The position numbers and the translations under genes were made by a program. From contig JBITAJ010000029.1 of assembly GCA_044440125.1 (NCBI GenBank), positions 96,001 through 160,000 of the forward strand: 64,000 nt of DNA, read 5' to 3'. Under the pieces are notes generated by a model, which was given only the letters and a program-made list of their open reading frames with translations, did not search any database and was not told the origin of the DNA. Within the stretch, counting starts at the first letter, position 1, and every line of letters begins with the position of its first letter. Source of the stretch: Sedimentisphaeraceae bacterium JB056. GTDB taxonomy: Bacteria; Planctomycetota; Phycisphaerae; Sedimentisphaerales; Sedimentisphaeraceae. This document shows positions 49,790-60,069 of this stretch, in pieces.

Positions 49790-50206
49790 ATGGCAGATTG
49801 TATCTTTTGTAAAATAGCGGCAGGTGAGATACCCTGCACAAAAATTTACGAAGATGACGATATCCTTTCTTTCATGGACATTAATCCTATATCGGAAGGC
49901 CATACTCTTGTTATAACCAAGGGGCATTATAAATATGCCCATCAATGTCCGCCTGAGCTTATGGCTAAGCTTGCTGCGAAATTACCGATGATAGCGGAGG
50001 CTGTTTTTCAGGTTTCAGGTGCTGACGGTTATAATATCCTTTGCAATAGCGGCAAAGCTTCCGGGCAGGAAGTCCCGCATTTACACTTTCATATAATTCC
50101 TCGTTTTGAGGGTGATGGTGTTTTGGCGAATTGGCCTGCTGGTAAGTATGACAGTATGGACAAAATGAAGGATGTCTGCAATAAAATACGTCAAAAACTT
50201 GCTTGA
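49790..50206 (+). CDS. hinT: HIT family nucleotide-binding protein
   Basis: DCIFCKI, GHTLVI, GQEVPHLHFHIIPR. Confidence 0.9.
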   Translation: MADCIFCKIAAGEIPCTKIYEDDDILSFMDINPISEGHTLVITKGHYKYAHQCPPELMAKLAAKLPMIAEAVFQVSGADGYNILCNSGKASGQEVPHLHFHIIPRFEGDGVLANWPAGKYDSMDKMKDVCNKIRQKLA

Positions 50207-50215
50207 TAGAAAATG

Positions 50216-50250
50216 ATAAAACCGGTTGTTTAAGACAGCCGGTTTTTTTA
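50216..50250. terminator. Bidirectional terminator between the HIT gene and comF
   Basis: AAAACCGGTTGT-ttaag-ACAGCCGGTTTTTTT. Confidence 0.75.
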
Positions 50251-50261
50251 TGCGCAGATTT

Positions 50262-51005
50262 TCAGGCATTTGCTACGGCTATTACTGCTGCATAAACTTT
50301 TGCCGCTCCATTTTCTTTGAGAACACGACTGCATTCATTGAGAGTAGCTCCGGTAGTTTTGATGTCGTCGATAATGCATATGGTTTTGCCCTGTATCGAC
50401 TTGGCATCTTTAGGTGTGAAAGCTCCTTTGATATTCTTCTTTCTCTGGGCAAAGCTCAGGCCGGGCTGGGGCATTGTTTTACGAACTCGCCGCAGTATTT
50501 TGCCGGTGGTGAAGCCTTCCTTTTTTATATTACTGAGAAGCAGCCATGACTGATTATAGCCTCTTGATAGCTTTCTGCTCCAGTGCAGCGGCACGGCTGT
50601 AAACAGATCTATTTCCTTGATTGGCAGGGAATTTTGTATTGATGAGCTTAGCTGATAGCTTAGAAGTCTGTTTATCTTGGGATGTTCATTATGTTTGATT
50701 TTTAATATCAAGTCACGAAGCACACCTTCGTAGCGTCCAACCCGGGTGATGCTTTCAAATTCAAGTTTAAGTTCCTCGCAGTCAGGACACTTGCTGCCTA
50801 TAAGTCCATATTTGCTTATGTCTCTGCCGCAGGAAGGGCAGTAGTCGTTTGATAGTGCAGCCGATAACTTTTGCCAGCAACTGCGACATAAACCATCATC
50901 TGATTCATTTATTGAATCCCCGCATACTCCGCATACAGCAGGCCAGAGCAGATAGTTGATGATTTCTGCTCCGGCTTTGGAAATTCTGTATATCTGTTTG
51001 CTCAT
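50262..51005 (-). CDS. comF: ComF family protein (double zinc ribbon + PRTase)
   Basis: CxxC pairs, VPLH..RGYNQS, IIDDIKTTGATL. Confidence 0.9.
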   Translation of the reverse strand: MSKQIYRISKAGAEIINYLLWPAVCGVCGDSINESDDGLCRSCWQKLSAALSNDYCPSCGRDISKYGLIGSKCPDCEELKLEFESITRVGRYEGVLRDLILKIKHNEHPKINRLLSYQLSSSIQNSLPIKEIDLFTAVPLHWSRKLSRGYNQSWLLLSNIKKEGFTTGKILRRVRKTMPQPGLSFAQRKKNIKGAFTPKDAKSIQGKTICIIDDIKTTGATLNECSRVLKENGAAKVYAAVIAVANA

Positions 51006-51025
51006 TGCCTCCCTCTTGATCTGAA

Positions 51026-51577
51026 TTACCAGCGAGGCGGTTCTTTATTGTTTACTTTCTCTATGACAACACTCTTGACCATCCATTCATCGTTACGTTT
51101 GATGAAACCTATTTCAGCCTCTATGATTGCAAGTTCGAAATACTCTCCTGCCTGGCTTGCATCATCAAAATGAACGGTTGTATTAAGCTCTGACGTCGCC
51201 TCATTTCCGTTAACTGTTATTTCATTGTAGTTGATGCGTATCTTTTCCGCAAAGGGGCGGCCGAAGTATTCCTGGCATTTCTGGGTGATTATTCGTCTGT
51301 CATAACGATGCTGTCCATCGTAATCCTGATCTATCATACTTATCACGACTTGAGGTTGCCTGTTCAGTACCGCATCTCTTGCCTGTACTATTCTTGCTTC
51401 TATCTGCTCTCTGTCTGTTTGTACAAAGTAATCAATTCCGAAGGCTGCTGCAAGCACAATAAGCGGAATCAACATTTGCCACCATCGTTTTTTGTCAGGC
51501 ATGATATTACGAAATAGTGTTATTGCGCAAAACAGTGCAACGGCTGTAATGATAAGTATCCATGGCGACTCGAACAT
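51026..51577 (-). CDS. Hypothetical membrane protein (2 TM + NTF2-like soluble domain)
   Basis: Two hydrophobic helices, then VQTDREQI..W; GGAG RBS. Confidence 0.65.
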   Translation of the reverse strand: MFESPWILIITAVALFCAITLFRNIMPDKKRWWQMLIPLIVLAAAFGIDYFVQTDREQIEARIVQARDAVLNRQPQVVISMIDQDYDGQHRYDRRIITQKCQEYFGRPFAEKIRINYNEITVNGNEATSELNTTVHFDDASQAGEYFELAIIEAEIGFIKRNDEWMVKSVVIEKVNNKEPPRW

Positions 51578-51669
51578 GCTCTACTCCCTTTAATCAGATA
51601 TTTTATTAAAAAAATCTAAGACGGCATTCTGCCGCCTTAGCCTCTTGTATACTTATTTTGCTATGAAGC

Positions 51670-52890
51670 TTATTTACCCGATGTAAGTATTACCTTCGAA
51701 TGTTTTCGAAGATCAAAGTCCTTAAGTATCGAGTTTATATCATCGACAGTAACATTTTTGATGTTATTGATCTCTTCCTGGATAGTCTTGTATTCTTTCA
51801 TGTATACCCAGTTGAAACCAACTTCAATCAGCCTGCCCATAGGAAGTTCATTCTTAAGCGTTAATGAACTTAGAACTTTATGTTTGGCCTTTGCAAGTTC
51901 CTGTTCTGTAATTCCGTTTTCAGTAACTTCCTTGAATATTTTATTAACGATATCAATCGTCTTGTCGGCATTTTCCTTGCTGCATTGGAAGTAGTTATAG
52001 ATCACGCCGACCCCATCCATATCTTCGTAATACATAGAGGCAACCTCTGCTATCGCGGGGTCTACAAGTTCCCAGAAAAAACGGGAGCCTGAATCGTCAC
52101 CTATAATGTTGCTGAGCAGCTTGGCAGCATAATGTCTTGGGTCTTGCGATGCTACAGAGGCACTTGTGATGCAAATATGCTGACGTGCAAGATTGGCTTT
52201 GGTTACAGTTTCTTCTTTCATTGAACCTGCAAAGAAATCTGTTTTCCTTTGAGGATTTGAAGCTTGATAGCCGCCGCATTCTTTTTCTACAAGGCTGCAG
52301 AAGCTGTCCCAGTCGAAATTACCGCAGCAAACCACTGTGATGTTATCAGAGGCGTAACGTCTCGAAAAATACTCACGCATTTGATCGGCTGTAAGAGCCT
52401 TTATTGATTCAGGGGTGCCAAGTACGCTGTTGCCGCAAGGGTGCGAACCGAAATGAAGACTTTTAGCCCTGTCCATAACATCAAAGTGTGGCAAGTCCTG
52501 ATACATCGCAATTTCTTCGAGTATGACATTTTTTTCAATATCAAAATCCTCATCACGTAATGCCGGCCGCATCATCTGAGACCACAGTGTCGCTACTCTG
52601 TCGAGATATTCAGGAAGTACCGCTGAATAGAATACTGTATTCTCCTCACTCGTGAAAGCATTGAATTGTGCGCCGGTCCTGTCAAACTCTGTATTGACAT
52701 CGAATGCTGAGAGCTTATCAGTACCTTTGAATAACATATGTTCAAGATAATGTGAGACGCCGCTTATCTCAGAAGTTTCATCTCTTGAACCTGTTTTTAC
52801 GAAAAAACCGACCGCGGCCGATTGTCTGGCTTTGTTTATTTCACCAACGATCGAAAGACCGTTTGATAGTTTAGTATGTTTAAATTCCAT
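51670..52890 (-). CDS. M16 (pitrilysin/MPP-like) peptidase, catalytic subunit
   Basis: GVSHYLEHMLFKGT, NAFTSEE, EKNVILEEI. Confidence 0.93.
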   Translation of the reverse strand: MEFKHTKLSNGLSIVGEINKARQSAAVGFFVKTGSRDETSEISGVSHYLEHMLFKGTDKLSAFDVNTEFDRTGAQFNAFTSEENTVFYSAVLPEYLDRVATLWSQMMRPALRDEDFDIEKNVILEEIAMYQDLPHFDVMDRAKSLHFGSHPCGNSVLGTPESIKALTADQMREYFSRRYASDNITVVCCGNFDWDSFCSLVEKECGGYQASNPQRKTDFFAGSMKEETVTKANLARQHICITSASVASQDPRHYAAKLLSNIIGDDSGSRFFWELVDPAIAEVASMYYEDMDGVGVIYNYFQCSKENADKTIDIVNKIFKEVTENGITEQELAKAKHKVLSSLTLKNELPMGRLIEVGFNWVYMKEYKTIQEEINNIKNVTVDDINSILKDFDLRKHSKVILTSGK

Positions 52891-52931
52891 TATAAAATCC
52901 TCTTACTTTTTCCTTAGCTTGCTTTTCGAGA

Positions 52932-54170
52932 TCATACTGCCGGTGGTGTTACTTCTTTAGGACCGATAGTTACAATGCTGTATTCTTTGAAGATATTTCG
53001 GTTCAGGAAGTCTGTTACTGATTCCACCGTTGTGGCCTCGATTCCGGCTTTGATCTCATCAAGACATCTTACACGTCCGAGCAGATTATAGTCTCCGCCT
53101 ATTCCGCTGGCTCTGCTCATTGTGGATTCACTTCGCATTATCATTGTGCTCTTGAGGCCAGTCTGAGCTCTGTTGATCTCGTCGGTCGTTATTGCCTCAC
53201 GAAGTTTGTTGAACTGATCCAGTGTCACATCAAGTGTTTCCTGTGCTTTGTCTGGTGTTGTTCCTGCGTAACATGCATAACCTGCATGATCTTTGAGCGT
53301 ATTGTAATTGGCTCCGATCGCATAGCACAGACCGCGTTTCTCCCGCACCTCGGTAAAGAGTCTTGAACTCATGCCGCCCGAGAGAATTGATACGGCTACC
53401 TGTGCGTTGTAATAATCTTCACTTTTGGCAGGTATCGTCTTGGTCATGATTCCTATATGAACTTGCGAACCTTCGTAAGGAATATGAGTGTATTTTGTTT
53501 CCGGTTCATGGAAGGGCAATTCATTTATTTGTCCCGTTTCTTTCTGGCCGAAAAGTTTTTCAAGAGTTTCGCATACACTCTTGAAATCATATTTACCTGC
53601 AACACTGAAGATTGTATTGCCTATGCTGAAATTCTGTTTGATGATATTCTGAGCCTGCTCAGCGGTCAAAGATTGCAGGGATTCGGAATTACCATAAGAA
53701 TTGTAGCCCAGCGGTTCGGGATAGAAAAATTCACGTAGTTTTAACATCACTTTATGTCTTGGGTCATCATCCAGTCCCATGAGATCACTTAATGTTAGTT
53801 GACGTGAGAGCTCGAATTGTTCAGCGTCCAGATGCGGCTCGAGAAGTATCTTTGCGTAAAGTTCGAGTGCTTCAATAAGGCATTCCCATTCAAGCGCAGA
53901 GGAAAACGTCATGCGATATGTTCCGACACTGCTGCTTGAGTGAAGGCCGAGAAAATCCATCTTATCACTAAGCTGACGCGAATCCAGTCCGCCGGCACCT
54001 CTGGTTACCCAGTCGGTTATTACGCGTCCTGCTCCACTGAATTCTTTTGGTATTCGCGAAGCTCCGCTTGGTACCATGAATCCGAATGCTACTGACCCTA
54101 CTTCTTCAAGAGGTTCACCCAAAATCGTCATTCCGTTAGGAAGCTGATGTACATCTATTTTTTTTGCCAT
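52932..54170 (-). CDS. M16 peptidase non-catalytic partner subunit
   Basis: LPNG N-terminus, GGMSSRLFTEVREKRGLCY; lacks HxxEH. Confidence 0.88.
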   Translation of the reverse strand: MAKKIDVHQLPNGMTILGEPLEEVGSVAFGFMVPSGASRIPKEFSGAGRVITDWVTRGAGGLDSRQLSDKMDFLGLHSSSSVGTYRMTFSSALEWECLIEALELYAKILLEPHLDAEQFELSRQLTLSDLMGLDDDPRHKVMLKLREFFYPEPLGYNSYGNSESLQSLTAEQAQNIIKQNFSIGNTIFSVAGKYDFKSVCETLEKLFGQKETGQINELPFHEPETKYTHIPYEGSQVHIGIMTKTIPAKSEDYYNAQVAVSILSGGMSSRLFTEVREKRGLCYAIGANYNTLKDHAGYACYAGTTPDKAQETLDVTLDQFNKLREAITTDEINRAQTGLKSTMIMRSESTMSRASGIGGDYNLLGRVRCLDEIKAGIEATTVESVTDFLNRNIFKEYSIVTIGPKEVTPPAV

Positions 54171-54224
54171 TTTCTACTTCTTCTTTTAAACTCTTTTCGT
54201 TTTGTCTCTAATATTCAATTTCAG

Positions 54225-57200
54225 TTATTTTACTAATTCACCTATTGGGGTAAATGTGTCTGTTTCCTGCGTCTGGTCAAATTTAACCATAATACGCTTG
54301 CTTACACCTTGCTGCTGCATAGTCACACCAAAAAGTTTGTCAGCGATACTCATCGTACGCTTTGCGTGAGTTATAACTATGAACTGCGAGTATTTTTCAA
54401 ACTCTTTAACAATCAGGTTGAATCTTTCGTTGTTTGCTTCGTCAAGAGCCGCATCCACCTCATCAAGGAAACAGAATGGAGACGGCTTGCTCTTGAATAT
54501 CGCAAACTGCAGAGCGATAGCAGTCATAGTCTTTTCGCCACCGCTGAGCAGGCTTATGCTCTTGGCTCCTTTTCCAGGAGGCTGAGCGATTATCTCGATT
54601 CCGCATTCGAGTATATCTTCACCGGATTCAACATCAAGCATCACGTCTGCTTTTCCTCCGCCAAATAGTTTACGGAATATTTCTTTGAAGTTCTCTCTTA
54701 CTTCATCGAAAGTTGTCTTAAACATCTCCCGGCTTTCCTTGTTGATCTTGTTGATCAATTGTTGAAGCTGTGTTTTAGAGTTGTTAAGATCTTCTATCTG
54801 TTCAGAAAGGAATTTTTCTCTTTCTTCAAGTTCTTTCAGTTCATCGATGGCATCAACGTTGACATTTCCAAGTCTCGTTATACGCCCGCGAAGATCATTT
54901 ATCTCACGTTTGACATCATCCCAGTCGATGTCGGTTTCGTGTTCATATGTTTCATATTCTTTTTCAAGATCAAGCTCAAGTTCTTCGCCAACCCTTTGGA
55001 TAAGGTCTTCACTCTTGATGCGTATTTCGTTGAGTTCGAGATCTATCTCATGAATTTGCTTTTCGAGCTCGCTTTGTTCATGACGTCTGTCTCTCAATAC
55101 TTCCTCGGCATTCTGCTGATCTTCTATGAGTTCGGCAACCTGCTTGCGAAGCTCCGATGCTTTTATTTGAGCCTGTTCCTTATCTACATACAGTTCACTT
55201 ATCATTGCCTCTATGTTGAGGATGTTTCGTTGTGTCTGCGATACCTGTTCATCGTTTCCGTGCAGATCGCTCATTGAAGATTGCAGGGCTATCTTGGCAC
55301 GCTCAATTTGTGCCTTGAGACTGTTTATTTCCTGGGTTATCGCATTACGCCTTACAGTTGTCTGGCCTATTGCTATTCGAAGTTCTGTAAGTTGAGAAGA
55401 TAGCTCATTGTGCATGCTTCTTTTTTCATCGAGCATAAACTGCAGTTCTTCAATTCGTTCAGTTCTCTGGCTGCCTGCGGCTTCTATCTCATTGAGTTGT
55501 TCGCGAAGTTGTTTTTGTCTTTCGTATGAAGCGTCGATTTGTTTTTCCACATTCTCTGCTTCTTCTTTTGCGGCAGGCAGATCTTTTTCAAGATTGTCAA
55601 TGCTCTGAGTCACTACTTGAAGTTTTGTCTGTGCGTCTACCTTTTCCGTATTAGCCTCATAGATAGTTTCGCGGAGCTCTTTACTCTGAGCGGTAAGCTC
55701 ATCGTTCTGAATCGTTGCGTCATCAATCTGTGATTGTATACTCTCTATTTGATCATCAATTGAAACAAGCTCGGCCTCAAGCTCATTCATACGGCTTTTA
55801 CGTGATATCAGTCCGACGCCTTTACCGGCGCTGCCTATTTTGATTATGTATCCGCCTTGAACCAGCTCCCCGTCCAATGTTACGAAATTACAATTCTCTC
55901 CAAGCTGACGTGAAGCATTGAGAGCAGTCTGTATGTTCTCAGCAATAAACGTATTGCCGAGAAGCTGCCTCATCAAAGGCTTGTATTTTTCGTCAGTCTT
56001 TATTACATCGCACAGTGAAGACGAAATCCCAGGCTGTTCCGATACATCCTGAATTTTGCTTGCTTTCAATTCATCAATGCTTAAAGCGTTGATTCTTCCG
56101 TTCTCTGCAAAGCTGCTGCATTGTTCGAGGAATTTATCTGAGTTGTTCACTATAAGCCAGTCGGCTTTTTCTTCAAGAACTGTTTCAAGAGCAGTTGCGT
56201 ATTTGATATCTGTTTCGATTATCTCAGCCAGCAGGCATTCGATACTGTCAAGTTTCTGCGGGTCATTGTTTCTCAGTTCGAGAACTTCTTTAACTGCTTT
56301 GCCTACACCTTCGTGCTTGTTCTCCATGTCGATGAGAAGTTTGAGCTCTCTTTCGACCGCACTCTTATCCTGCTTCAATGATGCGAGTATGTTTGATCTT
56401 TCAAGCAATTGCTCGCTTATCTGATCCATCATCTCCCGCTTGGCATCGAGAGCTTCCTGAAGATGCTCGATACGCTCAAGAAGTTGGTCGAGTTTTTGCT
56501 GATATGTTTGTTTGTCAACAGAAACTGTCTCAAGCTGCTTTTCTATTGCTGCTGCTTTTTCTTTCGCACGGTCATATTGAGCGGTAAGATTATTGCGGTA
56601 GTTTGCTATACTCTCTATCTCGTTCTTGAGTTGTGCACTTTTGCGAACCGTTTCAAGTATGCTTGATTTTTCCTCTTCAAGCTGAGCGGTCAGTTCAGTA
56701 CAGTCCATATTGACTGTATGCATCATTTCCTGAAGCTCTGAAAGCTGATTGCTTTTTTCTTCTGATATCTTTTCGTTTTCTTTCAGTCTGAACTTACAGC
56801 CTTCTATCTCTCCCTCAAGCTTTGCTTTTTGCTGGTCAAGGAAGTGTATTCGGTCTGCTGCGGTAGTCTTACGCTGCCTCAGTTCCTCGCTGCGTTTTTG
56901 CAGATACTCTATCCTGTCGTTCTGCTGTTCAATTTTACTTTTGACAGATATGAGCCTGCGGTCATTTTCGTTTATTATGTTCTCCTGCGACATTATGGTA
57001 TCTCGCAGGGTTGAACTTTCAGTGTCTTTTCTCGCTATCTCTGCTACGATCTGACTGAAGCGGTTATTGAGAGCGTCAAGATGTTCCTTTCTCATCTTGC
57101 CTCTTTTGGTAAGCTCGTCATATTCAGCCAGCGAGTAGTTCATGCGAAGCTTGTCAAGACGCTCCTTATACTCAACATAGTTTCTTGCCTTGCCTGCCTG

Positions 57201-57818
57201 AAGCCTTACGCTTCTGAGCTGTTTCTGCAGTTCGTTGAAGACATCCGCGACACGAAGCATTCTTTGCTCTGTCTTTTCGAGTTTTCTTGATGCATCTTTT
57301 TTGTGAGCCTTGTACTTGCTTATTCCCGCAGCCTCTTCAAAGATTACTCGCCGCTCAGCCTTTGATGCTGTGAGCAATTGGGCGATCTGTCCCTGCTCAA
57401 TGATCGAGTAAGCACTTACGCCTACACCTGTATCCATGAACTGCTCACGGATGTCCTTGAGCCTTGCGGTCTTGTTGTTTATCAGGTAGGCGCTGTCACC
57501 GTTTCTATAAAGACGCCTTGTTATCTGAAGCTCATCATTGCCCTCATCACCGGAATTTACACCGCTGAAGATCATGCTCACTTCCGACATCCCCGACGGC
57601 TTCCTTGTGCTTGAGCCGCTGAAGATGACATCTGTCATCTGGCTGCTTCGAAGGCTTTTCTTGCTTTGTTCGCCAAGCACCCACTTGACGGCATCAACAA
57701 CGTTGCTTTTGCCGCAGCCGTTTGGCCCTACGATAGCTGTAATATTTTCATCAAAAATGAATTCTGTTTTGTCCGCAAAACTTTTGAATCCATTGAGAAT
57801 AATCTTTTCAAGTCTCAT
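54225..57818 (-). CDS. smc: Chromosome segregation protein SMC
   Basis: GFKSF, GPNGCGKSN, coiled coils with hinge, LSGGEK, LDEVDAALD, VITH. Confidence 0.97.
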   Translation of the reverse strand: MRLEKIILNGFKSFADKTEFIFDENITAIVGPNGCGKSNVVDAVKWVLGEQSKKSLRSSQMTDVIFSGSSTRKPSGMSEVSMIFSGVNSGDEGNDELQITRRLYRNGDSAYLINNKTARLKDIREQFMDTGVGVSAYSIIEQGQIAQLLTASKAERRVIFEEAAGISKYKAHKKDASRKLEKTEQRMLRVADVFNELQKQLRSVRLQAGKARNYVEYKERLDKLRMNYSLAEYDELTKRGKMRKEHLDALNNRFSQIVAEIARKDTESSTLRDTIMSQENIINENDRRLISVKSKIEQQNDRIEYLQKRSEELRQRKTTAADRIHFLDQQKAKLEGEIEGCKFRLKENEKISEEKSNQLSELQEMMHTVNMDCTELTAQLEEEKSSILETVRKSAQLKNEIESIANYRNNLTAQYDRAKEKAAAIEKQLETVSVDKQTYQQKLDQLLERIEHLQEALDAKREMMDQISEQLLERSNILASLKQDKSAVERELKLLIDMENKHEGVGKAVKEVLELRNNDPQKLDSIECLLAEIIETDIKYATALETVLEEKADWLIVNNSDKFLEQCSSFAENGRINALSIDELKASKIQDVSEQPGISSSLCDVIKTDEKYKPLMRQLLGNTFIAENIQTALNASRQLGENCNFVTLDGELVQGGYIIKIGSAGKGVGLISRKSRMNELEAELVSIDDQIESIQSQIDDATIQNDELTAQSKELRETIYEANTEKVDAQTKLQVVTQSIDNLEKDLPAAKEEAENVEKQIDASYERQKQLREQLNEIEAAGSQRTERIEELQFMLDEKRSMHNELSSQLTELRIAIGQTTVRRNAITQEINSLKAQIERAKIALQSSMSDLHGNDEQVSQTQRNILNIEAMISELYVDKEQAQIKASELRKQVAELIEDQQNAEEVLRDRRHEQSELEKQIHEIDLELNEIRIKSEDLIQRVGEELELDLEKEYETYEHETDIDWDDVKREINDLRGRITRLGNVNVDAIDELKELEEREKFLSEQIEDLNNSKTQLQQLINKINKESREMFKTTFDEVRENFKEIFRKLFGGGKADVMLDVESGEDILECGIEIIAQPPGKGAKSISLLSGGEKTMTAIALQFAIFKSKPSPFCFLDEVDAALDEANNERFNLIVKEFEKYSQFIVITHAKRTMSIADKLFGVTMQQQGVSKRIMVKFDQTQETDTFTPIGELVK

Positions 57819-57847
57819 ATGTGCGTAAACTCTTTTAAAACACTTGG

Positions 57848-59503
57848 TCAGTTCTTGTTTTCAGTAATTTTTCCAGGCAGTCCTGAGGGAGATTTCTGCT
57901 TGATCTCTTTGATAGGGCTGGCCTTGAATTCTGCATTGAGATTGCCCGAATCGGCAAGTTCTTTGATTATCACGGCAGTGCCGCTGTAATCAACACCAAG
58001 GCCGGATCGATCTCTCTTTAGGTTCTGTATGTTGTCCGTCAATTTGAAGATTATATCGGTTAGTTTATCACTGCTCTCAAGCGGACCTATTATACCCGGT
58101 TTAGTCGGGTTCTGCCGCATCAATGTTATGGGTCCGCCCTCTGAAGCTGCGTTTATGGTTACATCAGTTGCTGTGTTTTTTACAAAAAGAGGGGCTTGTA
58201 CTTTTATATCATTGCCGAACAATACTATTTGAGGTCTGTCCTGACGATATACATATACCAAGGGGTTGCCTTTTGAGATGACTGTATTTATTGTAAAGCC
58301 GGCCATTGTCATCTGTCTTGATATCGACATGTCGCCGTTGTCTCTGAGTATCTCATAGGCGGCAAGTCGTACCTCGGAATCTGCGTCACTAAGCAGCCTT
58401 CTCAGAGGGCTTAAGGCCTCTTTGCTTACAGGGGCATTTCTGATCGCTTCTACAGCCTCTATTCTTTTTTGTGAATCAGCATTATATGCTATCTGTATCA
58501 GGGTGTTGATGGCTTTTTCGTATCCGATATTCAGCATGCACCTGGCCGCTCTGAGCCGTATTTCCTCTTTTTCATCATCGAGCAGAGGACGCAGACTCCT
58601 CAGAGACATTCTGCCGATTGCCTCAAGTCCCATTTCTGCTCCTATTTTATCCTCAGGGGCTTTGAGTGCTTCGGTAAGTGCTTCGATTCTTTTGTCAAGC
58701 GAATCGTTTGTCTCAGGCAAATATATCGCAGAGACAAGCGAGGAGAATTTTTTGTGCTGACCGGCATATCTTTCCGGCGGCGAGAGGCTTATTATCTCCG
58801 AGCTTCTGGCCTTGGCAGTCTTTTCTCCAAAACGTTCGTTTATTCGGTTTCTTATTATTCCGGAAAGTTTGTAGTTTGCATCGTTGAGCTCGATATACAT
58901 CTTGCTTGTTTCGTATGCGATGCCGCCGCCGATTATCAGCCCCTTACGCTCATCGGTGTTATCATCTTCGTTCCAGTCGATGAATACCGCTCCTTTGCCG
59001 ATAGCCAGCTTTTTTGCACCTGAAACGCCCAGCCTTGAGCTTGCGGTCAGATCGCTTGTGTAGAGTACGCCGCCGCTGAGTGAGGTTGTCTGGGTTGTTG
59101 ACAGGGCCTCAACCGCCAGATCGAACTTGCTTCCGGTTGTTGCTCCGGCGGGTATCCTGCCGTATATATGCACAACCGCGCTGTCGGTGCTGTTGAGAAA
59201 TTGCAGTGCCTCGTAGCGATTGGCGTTTCCAAGCATCTGCTGTATGTATTTTGTCAGATACTCACGCAGTTTCGGCGGACACTCTGACGAGCCTTTACCG
59301 TTGAGGCCCGCTACTATACCATAACCTTCCACTGATATTTCAGAGGGGGAATAGATCTCTCCAAGTGCGCCTATTGTCTTGTTGAGGTCGATATCTTCAG
59401 TTATCGATTTAGTAAGTTGAGAATCAACCTCTTTTTTATCCCCACAGCCGGTTAAAATAAGTGCCGCTGACAGAGAGATAAACAATAATTTCTTAAAATG
59501 CAT
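57848..59503 (-). CDS. Lipoprotein with FlgI (P-ring)-like N-terminal domain and HEAT repeats
   Basis: Lipobox LILTGC; VEGYGIVAGLNGKG, SAVV, TSLSGGVL FlgI-like motifs; L..LL.D....VRL.AA HEAT repeats. Confidence 0.75.
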   Translation of the reverse strand: MHFKKLLFISLSAALILTGCGDKKEVDSQLTKSITEDIDLNKTIGALGEIYSPSEISVEGYGIVAGLNGKGSSECPPKLREYLTKYIQQMLGNANRYEALQFLNSTDSAVVHIYGRIPAGATTGSKFDLAVEALSTTQTTSLSGGVLYTSDLTASSRLGVSGAKKLAIGKGAVFIDWNEDDNTDERKGLIIGGGIAYETSKMYIELNDANYKLSGIIRNRINERFGEKTAKARSSEIISLSPPERYAGQHKKFSSLVSAIYLPETNDSLDKRIEALTEALKAPEDKIGAEMGLEAIGRMSLRSLRPLLDDEKEEIRLRAARCMLNIGYEKAINTLIQIAYNADSQKRIEAVEAIRNAPVSKEALSPLRRLLSDADSEVRLAAYEILRDNGDMSISRQMTMAGFTINTVISKGNPLVYVYRQDRPQIVLFGNDIKVQAPLFVKNTATDVTINAASEGGPITLMRQNPTKPGIIGPLESSDKLTDIIFKLTDNIQNLKRDRSGLGVDYSGTAVIIKELADSGNLNAEFKASPIKEIKQKSPSGLPGKITENKN

Positions 59504-59697
59504 ATTCTATATCCTTAATATACACAAACTTATTAGAGTAAATTACTTAGTGGTCAAATAGTAACATCAAATTTTAACAAGTCAAGCGGAATATTGACCG
59601 TAAAATACCCGTATTTACAACCCATCCACGGCAGGTTTTGCAATGACCCATAACGCCGTAAAAACAGGATGCAAATTTTTGTCTCCACAACCCTGTC

Positions 59698-59724
59698 GTA
59701 GGGAACGCTGTCCCCAGCGTTCCG
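59698..59724 (+). repeat. REP-like palindrome (GTAG family)
   Basis: GTAG followed by the perfect stem GGAACGCTG-tccc-CAGCGTTCC. Confidence 0.65.
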
Positions 59725-59837
59725 CTCTTGCAAAACAATATTTTATGTTCTCTTGCCGTCTCTATCAGCGTCTACAATGCCGTTTTTTAACCGCAAGAAC
59801 GCAATAAATGCTCAAAATACGGCTTTGACAACAAAAT

Positions 59838-59889
59838 TACACAAAAACACACATCTTTTTTTGACAGGATGACAGGATTTACCGGTTTT
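59838..59889. repeat. Left arm of an imperfect inverted repeat (GACAGGAT units)
   Basis: tacacaaa..acac..ttttttGACAGGATGACAGGATttaccggtttt; similar to the reverse complement of 61461-61511. Confidence 0.55.
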
Positions 59890-59996
59890 TTACATCTGAT
59901 ACGGTGTAATCAGAGGTTTGCAGATGAGTTTAATTAAGTTATCTTTCATAGATTAGCGATTAATGGTAAGAAAGGTGGAAAAAATCAATCGTTTTA

Positions 59997-60025
59997 TGGA
60001 CATTCTATATACTGAAATGTATAAT
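59997..60025 (+). promoter_or_regulatory. Sigma70-type promoter of the HNH gene
   Basis: TGGACA-N17-TATAAT, 45 nt upstream of the ATG. Confidence 0.6.
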
Positions 60026-60069
60026 CCGATTTGTTTTTATTATATTTTTGTGTTGTTTAGGTTTGTAAG

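Noticed and set aside
57848..59503. Calling this gene the true flagellar flgI
   Set aside because: It has a lipobox and HEAT repeats, is 551 aa, and has no flagellar context
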